Shown piece by piece: positions 48,809 to 58,484 of a stretch of DNA of 64,000 nt. Position 1 is the first letter of the stretch. The number at the start of each line of letters is the position of its first letter. The position numbers and the translations under genes are program-made. Source of the stretch: Candidatus Giovannonibacteria bacterium (GTDB taxonomy: Bacteria > Patescibacteriota > Minisyncoccia > JACPKW01 > UBA11713); assembly GCA_016176285.1 (NCBI GenBank), contig JACOXM010000002.1, positions 10,917-74,916 of the forward strand, in the 5' to 3' direction. Below the pieces are notes generated by a model. It saw nothing but the letters and a program-made list of their open reading frames with translations, ran no database searches and had not been told where the DNA came from.

Positions 48809-51647
48809 TTCTTCTTTCGTTAATAATATCGCGAATCATTCCTAATCTCGGATTATAAGCTTCTAACATTCCATCGATTCTAATAGTTCTTTCGTCTTTC
48901 TGACCTGCTTTAACATTTTTGTCCGCCGGAATTGCATCTCTAATATCACTTATCAAACCATCCCTCTCCCCTCTAAGTCTTTGCTCTTCAGTGGAAAGAT
49001 CGAGATCACTCATGCTTTCATATCTAGCTTTTTGCTCCGATATTTCTTTTACTCTTTTTTCTTCCAGATCTTTTAGCAATTCCTCCGAACTTTTTTCGGG
49101 TATTTTTTCTTCGTCTGAATTAATAGGTATCTTAACCGTTTTAGACTTTTTTATTTTTATTTGCTCCCTTTTCTTAGTAGCAATTTCGCCAAAAGAAGCC
49201 GTTAATGGCGGGGAATATTCGTTTTTCGTTCCGATATTTATCGCATCCGCAACACCCCTTATCGTTCTTTCCATATCTTTCATTTCTATATCCTTATTTA
49301 TTTTATTATTTTCGATATTAACGGTCTTAGAGTTATAATCGTTTCCCATTTCAGGATTTCTCAAACCCTCGTCTCCTTCGTATGGCGGCGGCTTTTTAAA
49401 TTGCTCATCAATCGTCGCTCCCGAGTCGCCAAGCCCATATTGCGAACCGAACGCATCACCCATTCCCCGCCTTAAGGCGCGCGCTCCGTCCTCGTCTTCG
49501 ATCCTATTCTCAACCTTCAGATCCTTCCCCTCGTTTCCCATATCCGGGCTTCGTGTTTCTTCATCCGGATGAAAGGGGCGCGAAGAAGCCGCTTTTTTAA
49601 AATCGCTGAAGAGTTCCCTATTCATTTTTTTCATCTGATTAAAAAAACCTTTTCTAATTTCCGCGTGATTTTTTAAATAGTTCTGCAAGGGCTGCGGTAT
49701 AGATAGATATATCGGTTTATTTTTTGCATCCTTATTCTTATTAATGACCCATTTTCTTTCCTCCTCCGGAAGCGTTCCATACCACTCAACAACCTCGCCG
49801 TAATTTCCCTTCCTCATATAATTTCCGGACGAGTGATCAAGAACATAATATTCTATGTCCCCCGGCATTAATTTATGAATTTTTCCATCCCGCTCGGTTT
49901 TCAAATCAATATTTTTTCCTTCAAGATATTCATAAAGCGGGTCTTCTTTTACATTATCCAAATACTCATCGGACTCGCGGACGGTTTTCATGGGCTCGTC
50001 GAAGTATGGTTCATCGGATTCAATATCCGATTCTTTCAGATCAATAATCTCTGGTTCCGGTTTTTTCTTTTCCTCTGTTTTTCTAAAACTTTTTACCTTT
50101 TCTTTCGCTCCATTATATATTTCTTTAGTTTCTTCTTTGTACGCGTAAACTCCTGCCGCACCGATTCCCGCCCCGTAAACCAAATACTGCTTCCAATTTT
50201 GAGATAGCCAGGACTCCGCCGCCGCCTCGACTGCTTTTTTCTCCCCCGCACTTGCGTACGCTATTTCCGGAGGAATACTTTTTACCGCTTCTTTCGCCGC
50301 GGCAAGACCCTTTTCCTCTGCCTCCTTTAAAATCGCGCCCGAAAAATCATTTGCGGAGTTATATTTCAGGTCATAATTTGTGACTTCCTCCCACACCCTT
50401 TCTCCAATTTTTGAAACGTATTCATTTTTAATGTGTTCCTTCCCGGCGTCAGTTAATAATTTCGCCTTATCAATCGCGGATGAGATTTCTCCTCCGGTTA
50501 ATTGGAAAGGGTCACCCGGGCGAATAACTTGCCCCCCGAAAAGATTTTTCAGAGAATCTTCGGCGTAAATAAGCTGGCTTTTATCAAGATTTAGATCAAT
50601 GCCCAATTCCTGTTTTTGCGAAATATAATCGTGTATTAATTTTCTTGAAATGTGCGTAAATCCATCGCCCTTATCCGCAACTGCGGTAAAAGTTTCTCCA
50701 TCGAGCCCCGCGGCACCCGCAGATTTTACACCCTCGACAGTTTCTCCGTATGAACTATATGCAATCCCCTTCGTATCTTCGCTGATGTTTTCGCCTATGC
50801 CGCCTGCAATAGCCTCCTTCGGACCCGCGGAAACATCACTATGAGAGAAATAATCCCCGACAATTCCCGCGACGTAAGCCCCTGCCGCCCCAACCACGGC
50901 TCCCTTCAAAGCGCCCTTCGCAACTTTTTTCCATTTATTTGAATCTAGCTTTAATTCTTTTCTAAGACTTTTAAATAAATCCTCCTTTTCTTTGCCCATC
51001 TCCGGCAATATTTTTTCCATCCGCCCCAGCTCCAAATATTTTTCAAGTTTTTCCTTGGTACTGGCGTTTTCCGCGCCGAGGCCATCCACAATTTTTTGAA
51101 GTTCATTCTGATTTTCTGCAAATTCCCGAATTTTCCTAGACTCCCTAACATAAATCTTGCTACCTTCCCAAATCGCGCCGGCGGAAGCTCCCGCGAGGAT
51201 GCCGTAGCCAAAAGCACTATTCGCGATCCATCTTACCGCCGATCCCGCCGCCATGCCGCCTAAAAAAGTTCCTATTTTTGATCCAAAAATTTTTTTCTTC
51301 TCTAATTTGGCAAGCGCTTCCTCCGGATTAAAATTGAAATTTTTAATTTTTTCTTTGGCGTTTTTTCCGAACGCCAAAAAATCTCTACCAAGTTCTTTCC
51401 AAGCCTCTTTTGCCCCTATCCCGAGGCCGCTCTCATCAAAAAAATCTTTAATTTTGCCTTGCGTATTTTTTATTGACGCGAAAAATTTGCCCCACCTACC
51501 ATCCTTTTTTTCTTCCTCGATCCGAAATTCCGCATCCTCGGCGTTATTTTTTTCTTCTTCGGTCAGCGGTTTAACCTTCTCCGCGGCATGTACCCTTTGT
51601 CCTTTTACATCTTCAAAATTATTTGCGTTCGGAGATTCTACTGTCAT
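48789..51647 (-). CDS. Large hypothetical protein with Gly/Ala-zipper hydrophobic segments
   Basis: 952 aa, E/K-rich, GAxxGA helices. Confidence 0.7.
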   Translation of the reverse strand: MTVESPNANNFEDVKGQRVHAAEKVKPLTEEEKNNAEDAEFRIEEEKKDGRWGKFFASIKNTQGKIKDFFDESGLGIGAKEAWKELGRDFLAFGKNAKEKIKNFNFNPEEALAKLEKKKIFGSKIGTFLGGMAAGSAVRWIANSAFGYGILAGASAGAIWEGSKIYVRESRKIREFAENQNELQKIVDGLGAENASTKEKLEKYLELGRMEKILPEMGKEKEDLFKSLRKELKLDSNKWKKVAKGALKGAVVGAAGAYVAGIVGDYFSHSDVSAGPKEAIAGGIGENISEDTKGIAYSSYGETVEGVKSAGAAGLDGETFTAVADKGDGFTHISRKLIHDYISQKQELGIDLNLDKSQLIYAEDSLKNLFGGQVIRPGDPFQLTGGEISSAIDKAKLLTDAGKEHIKNEYVSKIGERVWEEVTNYDLKYNSANDFSGAILKEAEEKGLAAAKEAVKSIPPEIAYASAGEKKAVEAAAESWLSQNWKQYLVYGAGIGAAGVYAYKEETKEIYNGAKEKVKSFRKTEEKKKPEPEIIDLKESDIESDEPYFDEPMKTVRESDEYLDNVKEDPLYEYLEGKNIDLKTERDGKIHKLMPGDIEYYVLDHSSGNYMRKGNYGEVVEWYGTLPEEERKWVINKNKDAKNKPIYLSIPQPLQNYLKNHAEIRKGFFNQMKKMNRELFSDFKKAASSRPFHPDEETRSPDMGNEGKDLKVENRIEDEDGARALRRGMGDAFGSQYGLGDSGATIDEQFKKPPPYEGDEGLRNPEMGNDYNSKTVNIENNKINKDIEMKDMERTIRGVADAINIGTKNEYSPPLTASFGEIATKKREQIKIKKSKTVKIPINSDEEKIPEKSSEELLKDLEEKRVKEISEQKARYESMSDLDLSTEEQRLRGERDGLISDIRDAIPADKNVKAGQKDERTIRIDGMLEAYNPRLGMIRDIINERRNAKKPK

Positions 51648-51669
51648 TAATATTATTAAATCACAAAAA

Positions 51670-52056
51670 TCACCCTAAGTCATTCAAATCCTGTGCAATG
51701 CCTTCTTTGATTACGGTCAATTCTTCTTCTGGAACGGAGAGAAGACTTGTAAAAAATTCAAAGCGCTCTTTATCGTCTAAATTCGGGTTTAAAAGCATTT
51801 CTGCTATTTTTTCTCTTTCCTCTTCGAAAATAAAAACTCTATAATTTCCGCTCCGAAGATTACCCACTACCGCCCAAAAATAATTTTCATCGTCCGCCGT
51901 AATTTCTTCGGATAAAATCGTGCCACCTTCGTCCCTCATCAGGGAAACCGGCCCCGAAACCAATCTTTTTATTAAAAAATTGCCACCAAGATTCTCATCT
52001 TTTAAAAAACTCCCCAAATATTTTTCTTCCTTGTCGAATATATATGCTTTCATCAA
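51670..52056 (-). CDS. Hypothetical protein
   Basis: 128-aa ORF coupled to upstream gene by ATGA overlap. Confidence 0.65.
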   Translation of the reverse strand: MMKAYIFDKEEKYLGSFLKDENLGGNFLIKRLVSGPVSLMRDEGGTILSEEITADDENYFWAVVGNLRSGNYRVFIFEEEREKIAEMLLNPNLDDKERFEFFTSLLSVPEEELTVIKEGIAQDLNDLG

Positions 52057-53072
52057 TATAACTTTTTATTAGGATTGCCTAATTTTATTTCGGGAATATT
52101 CTGTTTATTTTCTTTATCAAGGTAATCACCAACAAGCTCTCGATCCTTTTTAGGGAGGGCATTTCCGTAGAATAAACTAACTTTTACTATTTCAGCCCAA
52201 TATTCATTGGTTTTATGCATCAACTCCGCTTTTTTATCCTTATTATTAATTGCCTCCACATATTCGGAAAAGTAGCGATCTTTCGAGGTGACCCTCTCTA
52301 TTGTTCTTGCAAACAAATCGATCCTGGATGGCATATCGCGTCTTCTATTCACCCAGCTATTCGCATGGCCCATTTCATGATGAAGAGTAGCTATGACTCC
52401 AGTTTCGGTCCAATAATTTTTATAATAACTAATTTTAGATCTGTGTTTTTCATTATTGAAATTAAAGTTAGCTATCGGTATTCTTCTTTTGACCCCATAC
52501 TCTTTTAACATTTCTAAATCTTTATTTATAAAATTTATTTCATCCACGCTTTCAATCCACGAATGGGGGAAATGATTTAATTCCTCCTGGATAGTACGGG
52601 GATCAATGCCAATTTTCCCGGCTTCGATGGAATTAATATTTGGAAAATTTAATATCTTATCCTTGAATCTCCCCTTTACTTCTTCATCCTCCCCAGCAGT
52701 TCCAAAATAAATATCAAAATTGTCGCGGCCAATTTTTTTTTCGATATATCTCGCTTGTTTTATAGTTTTTTCGATTTTGTTTCTTTCTTTGACATCCATC
52801 CCGCCTTCTTTAACAGATTTATCCGCGTTTTTCACATATTCCGTAACGCTCTGCTTTTGCCCTAGCATCCCCTCAACGGCCTCCCTATTAAAACCGATAG
52901 TCGCCGGGGATATGAGAGACGAAGCCACATAAATAGAAGAAATTGCCACTGTTCTTGAAATCGCCCTTTTAAACCTTCCTCGAATTGAAGTAATCGCCCC
53001 TTCACGTTTTTCTTTTCCGGATGGCTTTTCCGGTGTTACTGGCGTTATATCTCTAGCATTTTCGAAACTCAT
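52053..53072 (-). CDS. Putative zincin metallopeptidase-like protein
   Basis: HHEMGH (HExxH), downstream EYWAE, N-proximal hydrophobic segment. Confidence 0.6.
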   Translation of the reverse strand: MSFENARDITPVTPEKPSGKEKREGAITSIRGRFKRAISRTVAISSIYVASSLISPATIGFNREAVEGMLGQKQSVTEYVKNADKSVKEGGMDVKERNKIEKTIKQARYIEKKIGRDNFDIYFGTAGEDEEVKGRFKDKILNFPNINSIEAGKIGIDPRTIQEELNHFPHSWIESVDEINFINKDLEMLKEYGVKRRIPIANFNFNNEKHRSKISYYKNYWTETGVIATLHHEMGHANSWVNRRRDMPSRIDLFARTIERVTSKDRYFSEYVEAINNKDKKAELMHKTNEYWAEIVKVSLFYGNALPKKDRELVGDYLDKENKQNIPEIKLGNPNKKLY

Positions 53073-53073
53073 A

Positions 53074-53325
53074 TCATCTGTAAATGTCTTTTCTATGACC
53101 TAATCTCAAAACAAAAATATTATCGCCGGAAACATCAAAAATAATTCTATAATCCCCGATTCGAAAACGGAATTGCCCAAATTGACTGTCTTTGAGCTGT
53201 TCGGAATAACGAAGTGGATTTTTTTGAGAAATAAAATATTCGAGTTTTGCGCGAATCTGATCTCTTACCTTACGATCGAGCTTAAGCCAGTCTTTTTTTG
53301 CCCGATTCGTAAAAAATACTTTCAT
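53074..53325 (-). CDS. RelE/ParE family toxin
   Basis: A.KD..KLD, FRFRIGDYRIIF, LGHRKDIYR. Confidence 0.9.
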   Translation of the reverse strand: MKVFFTNRAKKDWLKLDRKVRDQIRAKLEYFISQKNPLRYSEQLKDSQFGQFRFRIGDYRIIFDVSGDNIFVLRLGHRKDIYR

Positions 53326-53329
53326 CTTT

Positions 53330-53575
53330 TTATTTATATTTAGTTTTTTTGAAACGTCCCGTTTTAAAGTCGAGTTCAAATAATTTCCCATGTGCTATAT
53401 CCCGCCTTCCTTCTTTTACGGCCTTCTGAAAAGATAAAGAATTTCGCATTTCCTCTTCTTCCATTAATAGTTCCAATTTTTTCCAATCTTTTAGGGAAAC
53501 TATAACTACCGGCTCTCCTTTAAAGTGGGTTTTCTCAATTTTTCTATTTAACATTGTGATGTTTCTCGAAGCCAT
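53330..53575 (-). CDS. Cognate antitoxin (Phd/YefM-like)
   Basis: GEPVVIVSL.DW, EGRRDI..G; directly upstream of the toxin. Confidence 0.7.
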   Translation of the reverse strand: MASRNITMLNRKIEKTHFKGEPVVIVSLKDWKKLELLMEEEEMRNSLSFQKAVKEGRRDIAHGKLFELDFKTGRFKKTKYK

Positions 53576-53670
53576 ATATCAACTATAGACGAAAAATCCC
53601 CCAAAGTCCAACGCGGATTTTTGTCCGCGTCAGAGGGAAATAGAAATCCTCACTCTCAAAACTTATAGAC

Positions 53671-54921
53671 TTATTTTTTTCTCAACAATTCTTTACTTTG
53701 TTTATAATCAGAAACGTGTTTCCTAATTTCTTCCGCGCTCACAGAGCCATCTATTACAGATCCGTCCTTATTGACATCATAAACCCCAAAAGACGTAATA
53801 CCTATAATTTCCGGTTCGCCTTCGCTATCTAATAAGATTAAGGGACCTCCGCTCATTCCCGGTATATTGTCACCCTTTTTAGCAGAAAGGGAGGAGTTAT
53901 TTTCTTCGCTTGGAGGAATGTCAAATACCTGCAATTTTGAAAATCTCTTATCAGCTTTATGTAAAATCGCGTTCGGCTTAGAACGTTCGGTATAATCAAA
54001 TAAGCCTCCTGTGATTTTTTCTTTGCGTTCGAATTCTTTTATGGAAACTTCAAATGGAAAGCCGAAAGGATGCCCCACCGAGGCAAGTTTACTTCCGCGC
54101 TTTAATTTGCCTACGGATTTTTCCGAAGCGATTTTCAAGGCTTTTGCAGTTTCCCCGCCTATAGTTTTTTCAAAATTCTCCTCCGGCTCCACTATAGCGA
54201 GATCATTTGCCTCATCGGAAAAAACCCGTCGTCCTTTAAAATTTTTACCATCGATTGTAAAAAAAGAAAAATCATTTTCGTCGTTCATCGCAACATGATA
54301 ATTTGTAATGATGACTTTGCGTTCGTCCGCATCAATTATCGCTCCGCTTCCAGCAAATTTATTTCCTTTGAATAAGATAACCGTTCCCTTCATAACTTTC
54401 TGTATTCTTTCCATATACCTATGTGCCTCTTTGGGATGACTGTAGATAAACTCCTTTCCTAAAATGATATCCGGCTTCGAAAAATAAGGAACCTCACCAT
54501 TGGCAGCCTTACTAATCGCCAGCATTCTAACCACATCAGGTAAAATTTTGTAAGTCGTTTCTAGCTGCGGAGAAACTTCCAAACCGCCGCGCTCTTCGAA
54601 TGCTTTATTCACACGCTTGAATAACTCCATATTTTCATCGTCCAAAATCGTACGTTCAAATTCTCTTGGGTTCGATTGAGCTACTACGTATTCCTCCGTA
54701 GTTTCCGGTGCTACCGCTTCTTTTTTTGCCGGTGAGAAAACCGTAATTCCCGCCAAAACCAAAGCAGCTCCTAGGCGTGAAATTTTTTTTAAGAATGAAC
54801 CATCTTCAGGTTTTTCTAAAATCTGGGCAAACCTTTCCTTTAATTCAATGATCTCTCTCGACTCCGTTTGTGAATTTCTTTCCGGACCAGTTTCTTGTGG
54901 TTTTTCTGGATTAAACGCCAC
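53671..54921 (-). CDS. Trypsin-like serine protease with TM segment
   Basis: TNYHV, DLAI, GHPFG, PGMSGGP. Confidence 0.85.
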   Translation of the reverse strand: MAFNPEKPQETGPERNSQTESREIIELKERFAQILEKPEDGSFLKKISRLGAALVLAGITVFSPAKKEAVAPETTEEYVVAQSNPREFERTILDDENMELFKRVNKAFEERGGLEVSPQLETTYKILPDVVRMLAISKAANGEVPYFSKPDIILGKEFIYSHPKEAHRYMERIQKVMKGTVILFKGNKFAGSGAIIDADERKVIITNYHVAMNDENDFSFFTIDGKNFKGRRVFSDEANDLAIVEPEENFEKTIGGETAKALKIASEKSVGKLKRGSKLASVGHPFGFPFEVSIKEFERKEKITGGLFDYTERSKPNAILHKADKRFSKLQVFDIPPSEENNSSLSAKKGDNIPGMSGGPLILLDSEGEPEIIGITSFGVYDVNKDGSVIDGSVSAEEIRKHVSDYKQSKELLRKK

Positions 54922-55054
54922 TTTCTTCAGTTAAAAATTTATCGATGGCTTCGGCCATCTCCATCAAAGAGATTTCGTCCTTTTTTAATTTCTCTGCCAA
55001 TTCCTTGGAAAGTTTTCTTGCTTCTTCCTCTTTTTTTAAATTTTTCTTGTCCAT
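54911..55054 (-). CDS. 47-aa helical hypothetical protein (not in ORF track)
   Basis: MDKKNLKKEEEARKLSKELAEKLKKDEISLMEMAEAIDKFLTEESGV; abuts both neighbours. Confidence 0.55.
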   Translation of the reverse strand: MDKKNLKKEEEARKLSKELAEKLKKDEISLMEMAEAIDKFLTEESGV

Positions 55055-55056
55055 AA

Positions 55057-57498
55057 TTATCCTGAATTAATCAAACTCGCCCCTGCATGCCTAATTCTAA
55101 TCTCCTCCTCCACTTCCTCGCGGGGGCGGGCGTATTTGGAGCGGGAAAGCTGTTTAATATATTGCGCCATTTCGGGGTTGCCGGTTTCGGGGCGGATTGT
55201 TTTAAGGTTAAACGGCTTCGAGGTTTGGCCGTCAATTAAAAGTTTCATGTAAGCGTTAAAGTTATCGATATTTAAGAGATCGTAAGAATTAAATACCGGC
55301 TCGAATTGTTTTTCCATATATTCCCCGTCGTCGGAGCCGATTCTAAAAGAGCAAATCGAACCTACGTTTCCAAAGACAGCTTTTTTAATATCCTCGTCGA
55401 GCTGTCCTATAAATTGATGCACTAGAGTCAGATTCAATTTATACTTTCTCGCCTCGGAAAGAATTGTGGCAATGGATTTTGTGGTCACGTTTTGGAACTC
55501 ATCAATATATAGATAAAAATCTTTGCGGTCCTCCTCCGCGCTGTCTACGCGGGATAATGCCGCCATCAGAATTTTCCCGACCATTATTAATCCTAGGAGG
55601 CTCGCGTTAAGTTCGCCAAGCCGCCCCTTGGATAAATTCAACAAAAGAATTTTTTTCTGGTCCATCGCCTCGCGGACATTGAACGCTGATTTTTCCTGCG
55701 CGATAATCGGGCGCATAATTTCGTTCGCGAGGAAAGTATCGAATTTCGAAACCACATAAGGAACCATATTTTGCAAAGATGCTTCGCCCCCCGCCTTCTC
55801 CGCGATCTGCTTCCAAAAAGTGTCAACGACGATATTTTTCGAACGCGAAAGCTTATAGTCCCGGTATGCCTTATCCGCGAGCACCCGTTCGATTTCAAGA
55901 AGAGTATTTCCGGATTCCGGGTCCTCCATTACAAGCAAAGTCGCGTTTCTGAAATATTGCTCGAACATCGGCCCGCCAGAGACCGACATATTGAAAAGTT
56001 TATTGAAAATTTCCAAAAGTTCATTCACTATCATAGTCTTCTGTTCGGGACGCATAGGATCATATTCGAGCATGTTGAGGCCCATCGGATATTGAACATC
56101 ACCCGGATCAAAATAAATTACATCTTCGGCTCTTTCTTGTGGTATTAATCCCAAAATTTTTTCTATCAACTCTCCGTGCGGATCAATTACCGCAACACCT
56201 TCGCCATTTTTAATATCTTGCGCGATCATATTATGCATAAGCGCGGATTTCCCGGTGCCGGTCTGCCCGATGATATAGAAGTGCCGCCTCCGGTCGTCTT
56301 TTTTTATGTAAACATTTCCCAGTTCGCCGCGGAAAGAACTATTCCCCAAAAGAACGCCCTCCCTCGGCATATTTACGGGCGGGGTCGCTTCGCGGGCCTT
56401 AAGCATCCTAACCTGCGGGGCGGCTTTTTTTGAATAAGGGAAATGATACAAGCTTGAAATTTCCTCCACATTCATAGGCATCGCCTCGCTTTCATCAAAG
56501 AATCGGAAAGAAAAATTTTCAGTTAATTTTTTAAGCCCTGCGCCAAAAACATTTTTTATTTTAAAGGCATTCCCCTCGGGAATCGAAAATTGGTAAAACC
56601 CGGCTTCGAACTCTTTCATTATCCTGTCAACTTCCTCGTTATTTTCGGCGGAAACTATCAGGCGTACATTTACGTCGAAAGTGATTTTAGAAACTTTTTC
56701 CTCAAGAAGCTTCACCAATTCCTCGTCGTAAACGGGGGCATTGGTTTTTTCTTCTGGTTTAGGTTTTTTCTGCTGTTTGAAAACGTCTATCGTGTGCTCC
56801 GCGATATTCTTCTCACCCAAAACATCCCGCCTTTTCTTCCCTTCTTTTAACCTTTCTATAACTTTGTGGATGGGCTTCTCTAATTTTTTCCCCGCCGGGC
56901 GCAAAACTATCTGCAGCGCCGCACCCTCTCCGAATTCCTTGATTTTTGAAAAAGCGGAAGTGATGGTCTCGACCGGATCGGACTCAATTTTCTGGTAAGT
57001 TTTAATGGGAAGAAATTTATTTCTCTCTAACCCCAAAAGTGCCCCGCGAGAAACTCCGTTCGGATGAAAAATATTATAATCCTCCACTTTTTCGATTTTC
57101 GCGTCGGGGTAAGCGCCATGAATCTGGCTTTCAAGCAATTTCGCAAATTTCCTTGGAAACGCTACATAAAAAAAGATCTCCGACCCGTCGTTGTGCGCGG
57201 CGAGTTCCAGCGCGAAAGAATTGCCCTTGCCGAAAATTTCCCCGAAAATAGTTCCGCTCTTTAAACCCGAAAGTCCCATGAGAAATTTTTCCATATGCGC
57301 GATGAAATTTTTCCTGGCTTCCGTTGGATTTTCGTTTTTTTCTTCGCGGTTTTCCGGAAGCGAAACTAAAAAAAGCTGCTCCGAGAGGCTCGAAGAGATC
57401 GAATTTATCCGCTTATATCTTAAAAAAACGTATAAAATTAAAAGGATCGGCAGAGCCGCGAAAAACAAAATCGTGAGAAGCAGATAATCAGAACTCAT
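55057..57498 (-). CDS. VirD4/TraD/HerA-like P-loop ATPase with N-terminal TM
   Basis: RRRHFYIIGQTGTGKS, IDPHG, LYIDEFQN, SEARKY. Confidence 0.88.
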   Translation of the reverse strand: MSSDYLLLTILFFAALPILLILYVFLRYKRINSISSSLSEQLFLVSLPENREEKNENPTEARKNFIAHMEKFLMGLSGLKSGTIFGEIFGKGNSFALELAAHNDGSEIFFYVAFPRKFAKLLESQIHGAYPDAKIEKVEDYNIFHPNGVSRGALLGLERNKFLPIKTYQKIESDPVETITSAFSKIKEFGEGAALQIVLRPAGKKLEKPIHKVIERLKEGKKRRDVLGEKNIAEHTIDVFKQQKKPKPEEKTNAPVYDEELVKLLEEKVSKITFDVNVRLIVSAENNEEVDRIMKEFEAGFYQFSIPEGNAFKIKNVFGAGLKKLTENFSFRFFDESEAMPMNVEEISSLYHFPYSKKAAPQVRMLKAREATPPVNMPREGVLLGNSSFRGELGNVYIKKDDRRRHFYIIGQTGTGKSALMHNMIAQDIKNGEGVAVIDPHGELIEKILGLIPQERAEDVIYFDPGDVQYPMGLNMLEYDPMRPEQKTMIVNELLEIFNKLFNMSVSGGPMFEQYFRNATLLVMEDPESGNTLLEIERVLADKAYRDYKLSRSKNIVVDTFWKQIAEKAGGEASLQNMVPYVVSKFDTFLANEIMRPIIAQEKSAFNVREAMDQKKILLLNLSKGRLGELNASLLGLIMVGKILMAALSRVDSAEEDRKDFYLYIDEFQNVTTKSIATILSEARKYKLNLTLVHQFIGQLDEDIKKAVFGNVGSICSFRIGSDDGEYMEKQFEPVFNSYDLLNIDNFNAYMKLLIDGQTSKPFNLKTIRPETGNPEMAQYIKQLSRSKYARPREEVEEEIRIRHAGASLINSG

Positions 57499-57891
57499 TT
57501 ATTTCAGTTTTCTCGCGTCCAAAAGCTTTTGATAATATTTATCCGCCAAAGTGTCATGGAATTCGTCCATTAAATGGGGGTTATTAAGAGACCGGGCAAC
57601 CTTAAAGGCGGAAGCCAGATCTTTTGAAAGCGCCACATTCACGAGCCCTTCGATTATTTCGTGATGCTTTTTTTCCTGTAAATCCGCCGAAGTTTTTTTT
57701 GCATCATCGTCGGAAATAGTTGATCTTGCCGGAGGCGGCAGAGTCGTCGCCGTGGGAACTTCTTTAATTACGTCTTTTACAATTTCCCTCTCTTCTTTTG
57801 ACTCCACGCCGGAAGCCACAAGCTCGCGTTTTTTTGCCTCGAGCCGCTCCTCAAGCCATTTTATATCTTCATGTATTTGTTCCTGTGCCAT
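57499..57891 (-). CDS. Hypothetical protein coupled to the ATPase
   Basis: 130 aa, D.FHD.LAD; stop abuts the ATPase start. Confidence 0.7.
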   Translation of the reverse strand: MAQEQIHEDIKWLEERLEAKKRELVASGVESKEEREIVKDVIKEVPTATTLPPPARSTISDDDAKKTSADLQEKKHHEIIEGLVNVALSKDLASAFKVARSLNNPHLMDEFHDTLADKYYQKLLDARKLK

Positions 57892-57924
57892 AGACTTATT
57901 TTAACCTATTGTTAAAATTAACGC

Positions 57925-58482
57925 ATGGAAAAAACACCAGGCCCTGAACAGCCACCCACACAGGAGGAGATTATTCAAAAAGAGGCCTTAAGAACTGAAA
58001 AAATCTCATCTAACTTATTAAATATAAGCACCGATAGGGAAAAGAATAAATTTTATCCTCTCTTAAATTTAAATTTTGACTTAAAACCATATATAAAAGA
58101 AATTATTCCGGAGAAAAAAGGGAATGAAATACAAGGTGAAAGTGAACTAAGGGATGCGCAGAACAAAACTATAAGTCTCATCTTTGAATCTGCCGCGCAG
58201 ATCGCGATGGATAAAAAATCGCAGATAAAAATAGTTCGAGATGATCCTAATTCTCTAATGGCCTTATACCAAGCAATGAATGTGGGACAAAGATATTATG
58301 AAGAACTTAGCCATAGCCGACCGGAAGAAATTAAATCGGTTTTGGAAAACCTACTCATTAAGAGCAAAAGAAAAGAAAAACCAAAGGAAAATGAAATTAT
58401 AGAATTTTCTAAAATACTTACTAAGGCACAACTATCATTGAGAAAAAGAATAGAAGCTCTGCGCGGATATCAAGGCAGATAA
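57925..58482 (+). CDS. Hypothetical protein
   Basis: 185-aa E/K-rich ORF. Confidence 0.6.
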   Translation: MEKTPGPEQPPTQEEIIQKEALRTEKISSNLLNISTDREKNKFYPLLNLNFDLKPYIKEIIPEKKGNEIQGESELRDAQNKTISLIFESAAQIAMDKKSQIKIVRDDPNSLMALYQAMNVGQRYYEELSHSRPEEIKSVLENLLIKSKRKEKPKENEIIEFSKILTKAQLSLRKRIEALRGYQGR

Positions 58483-58484
58483 AC

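Noticed and set aside
55057-57498. Conjugative element/ICE
   Set aside because: No relaxase, integrase or mating-pair genes in the window
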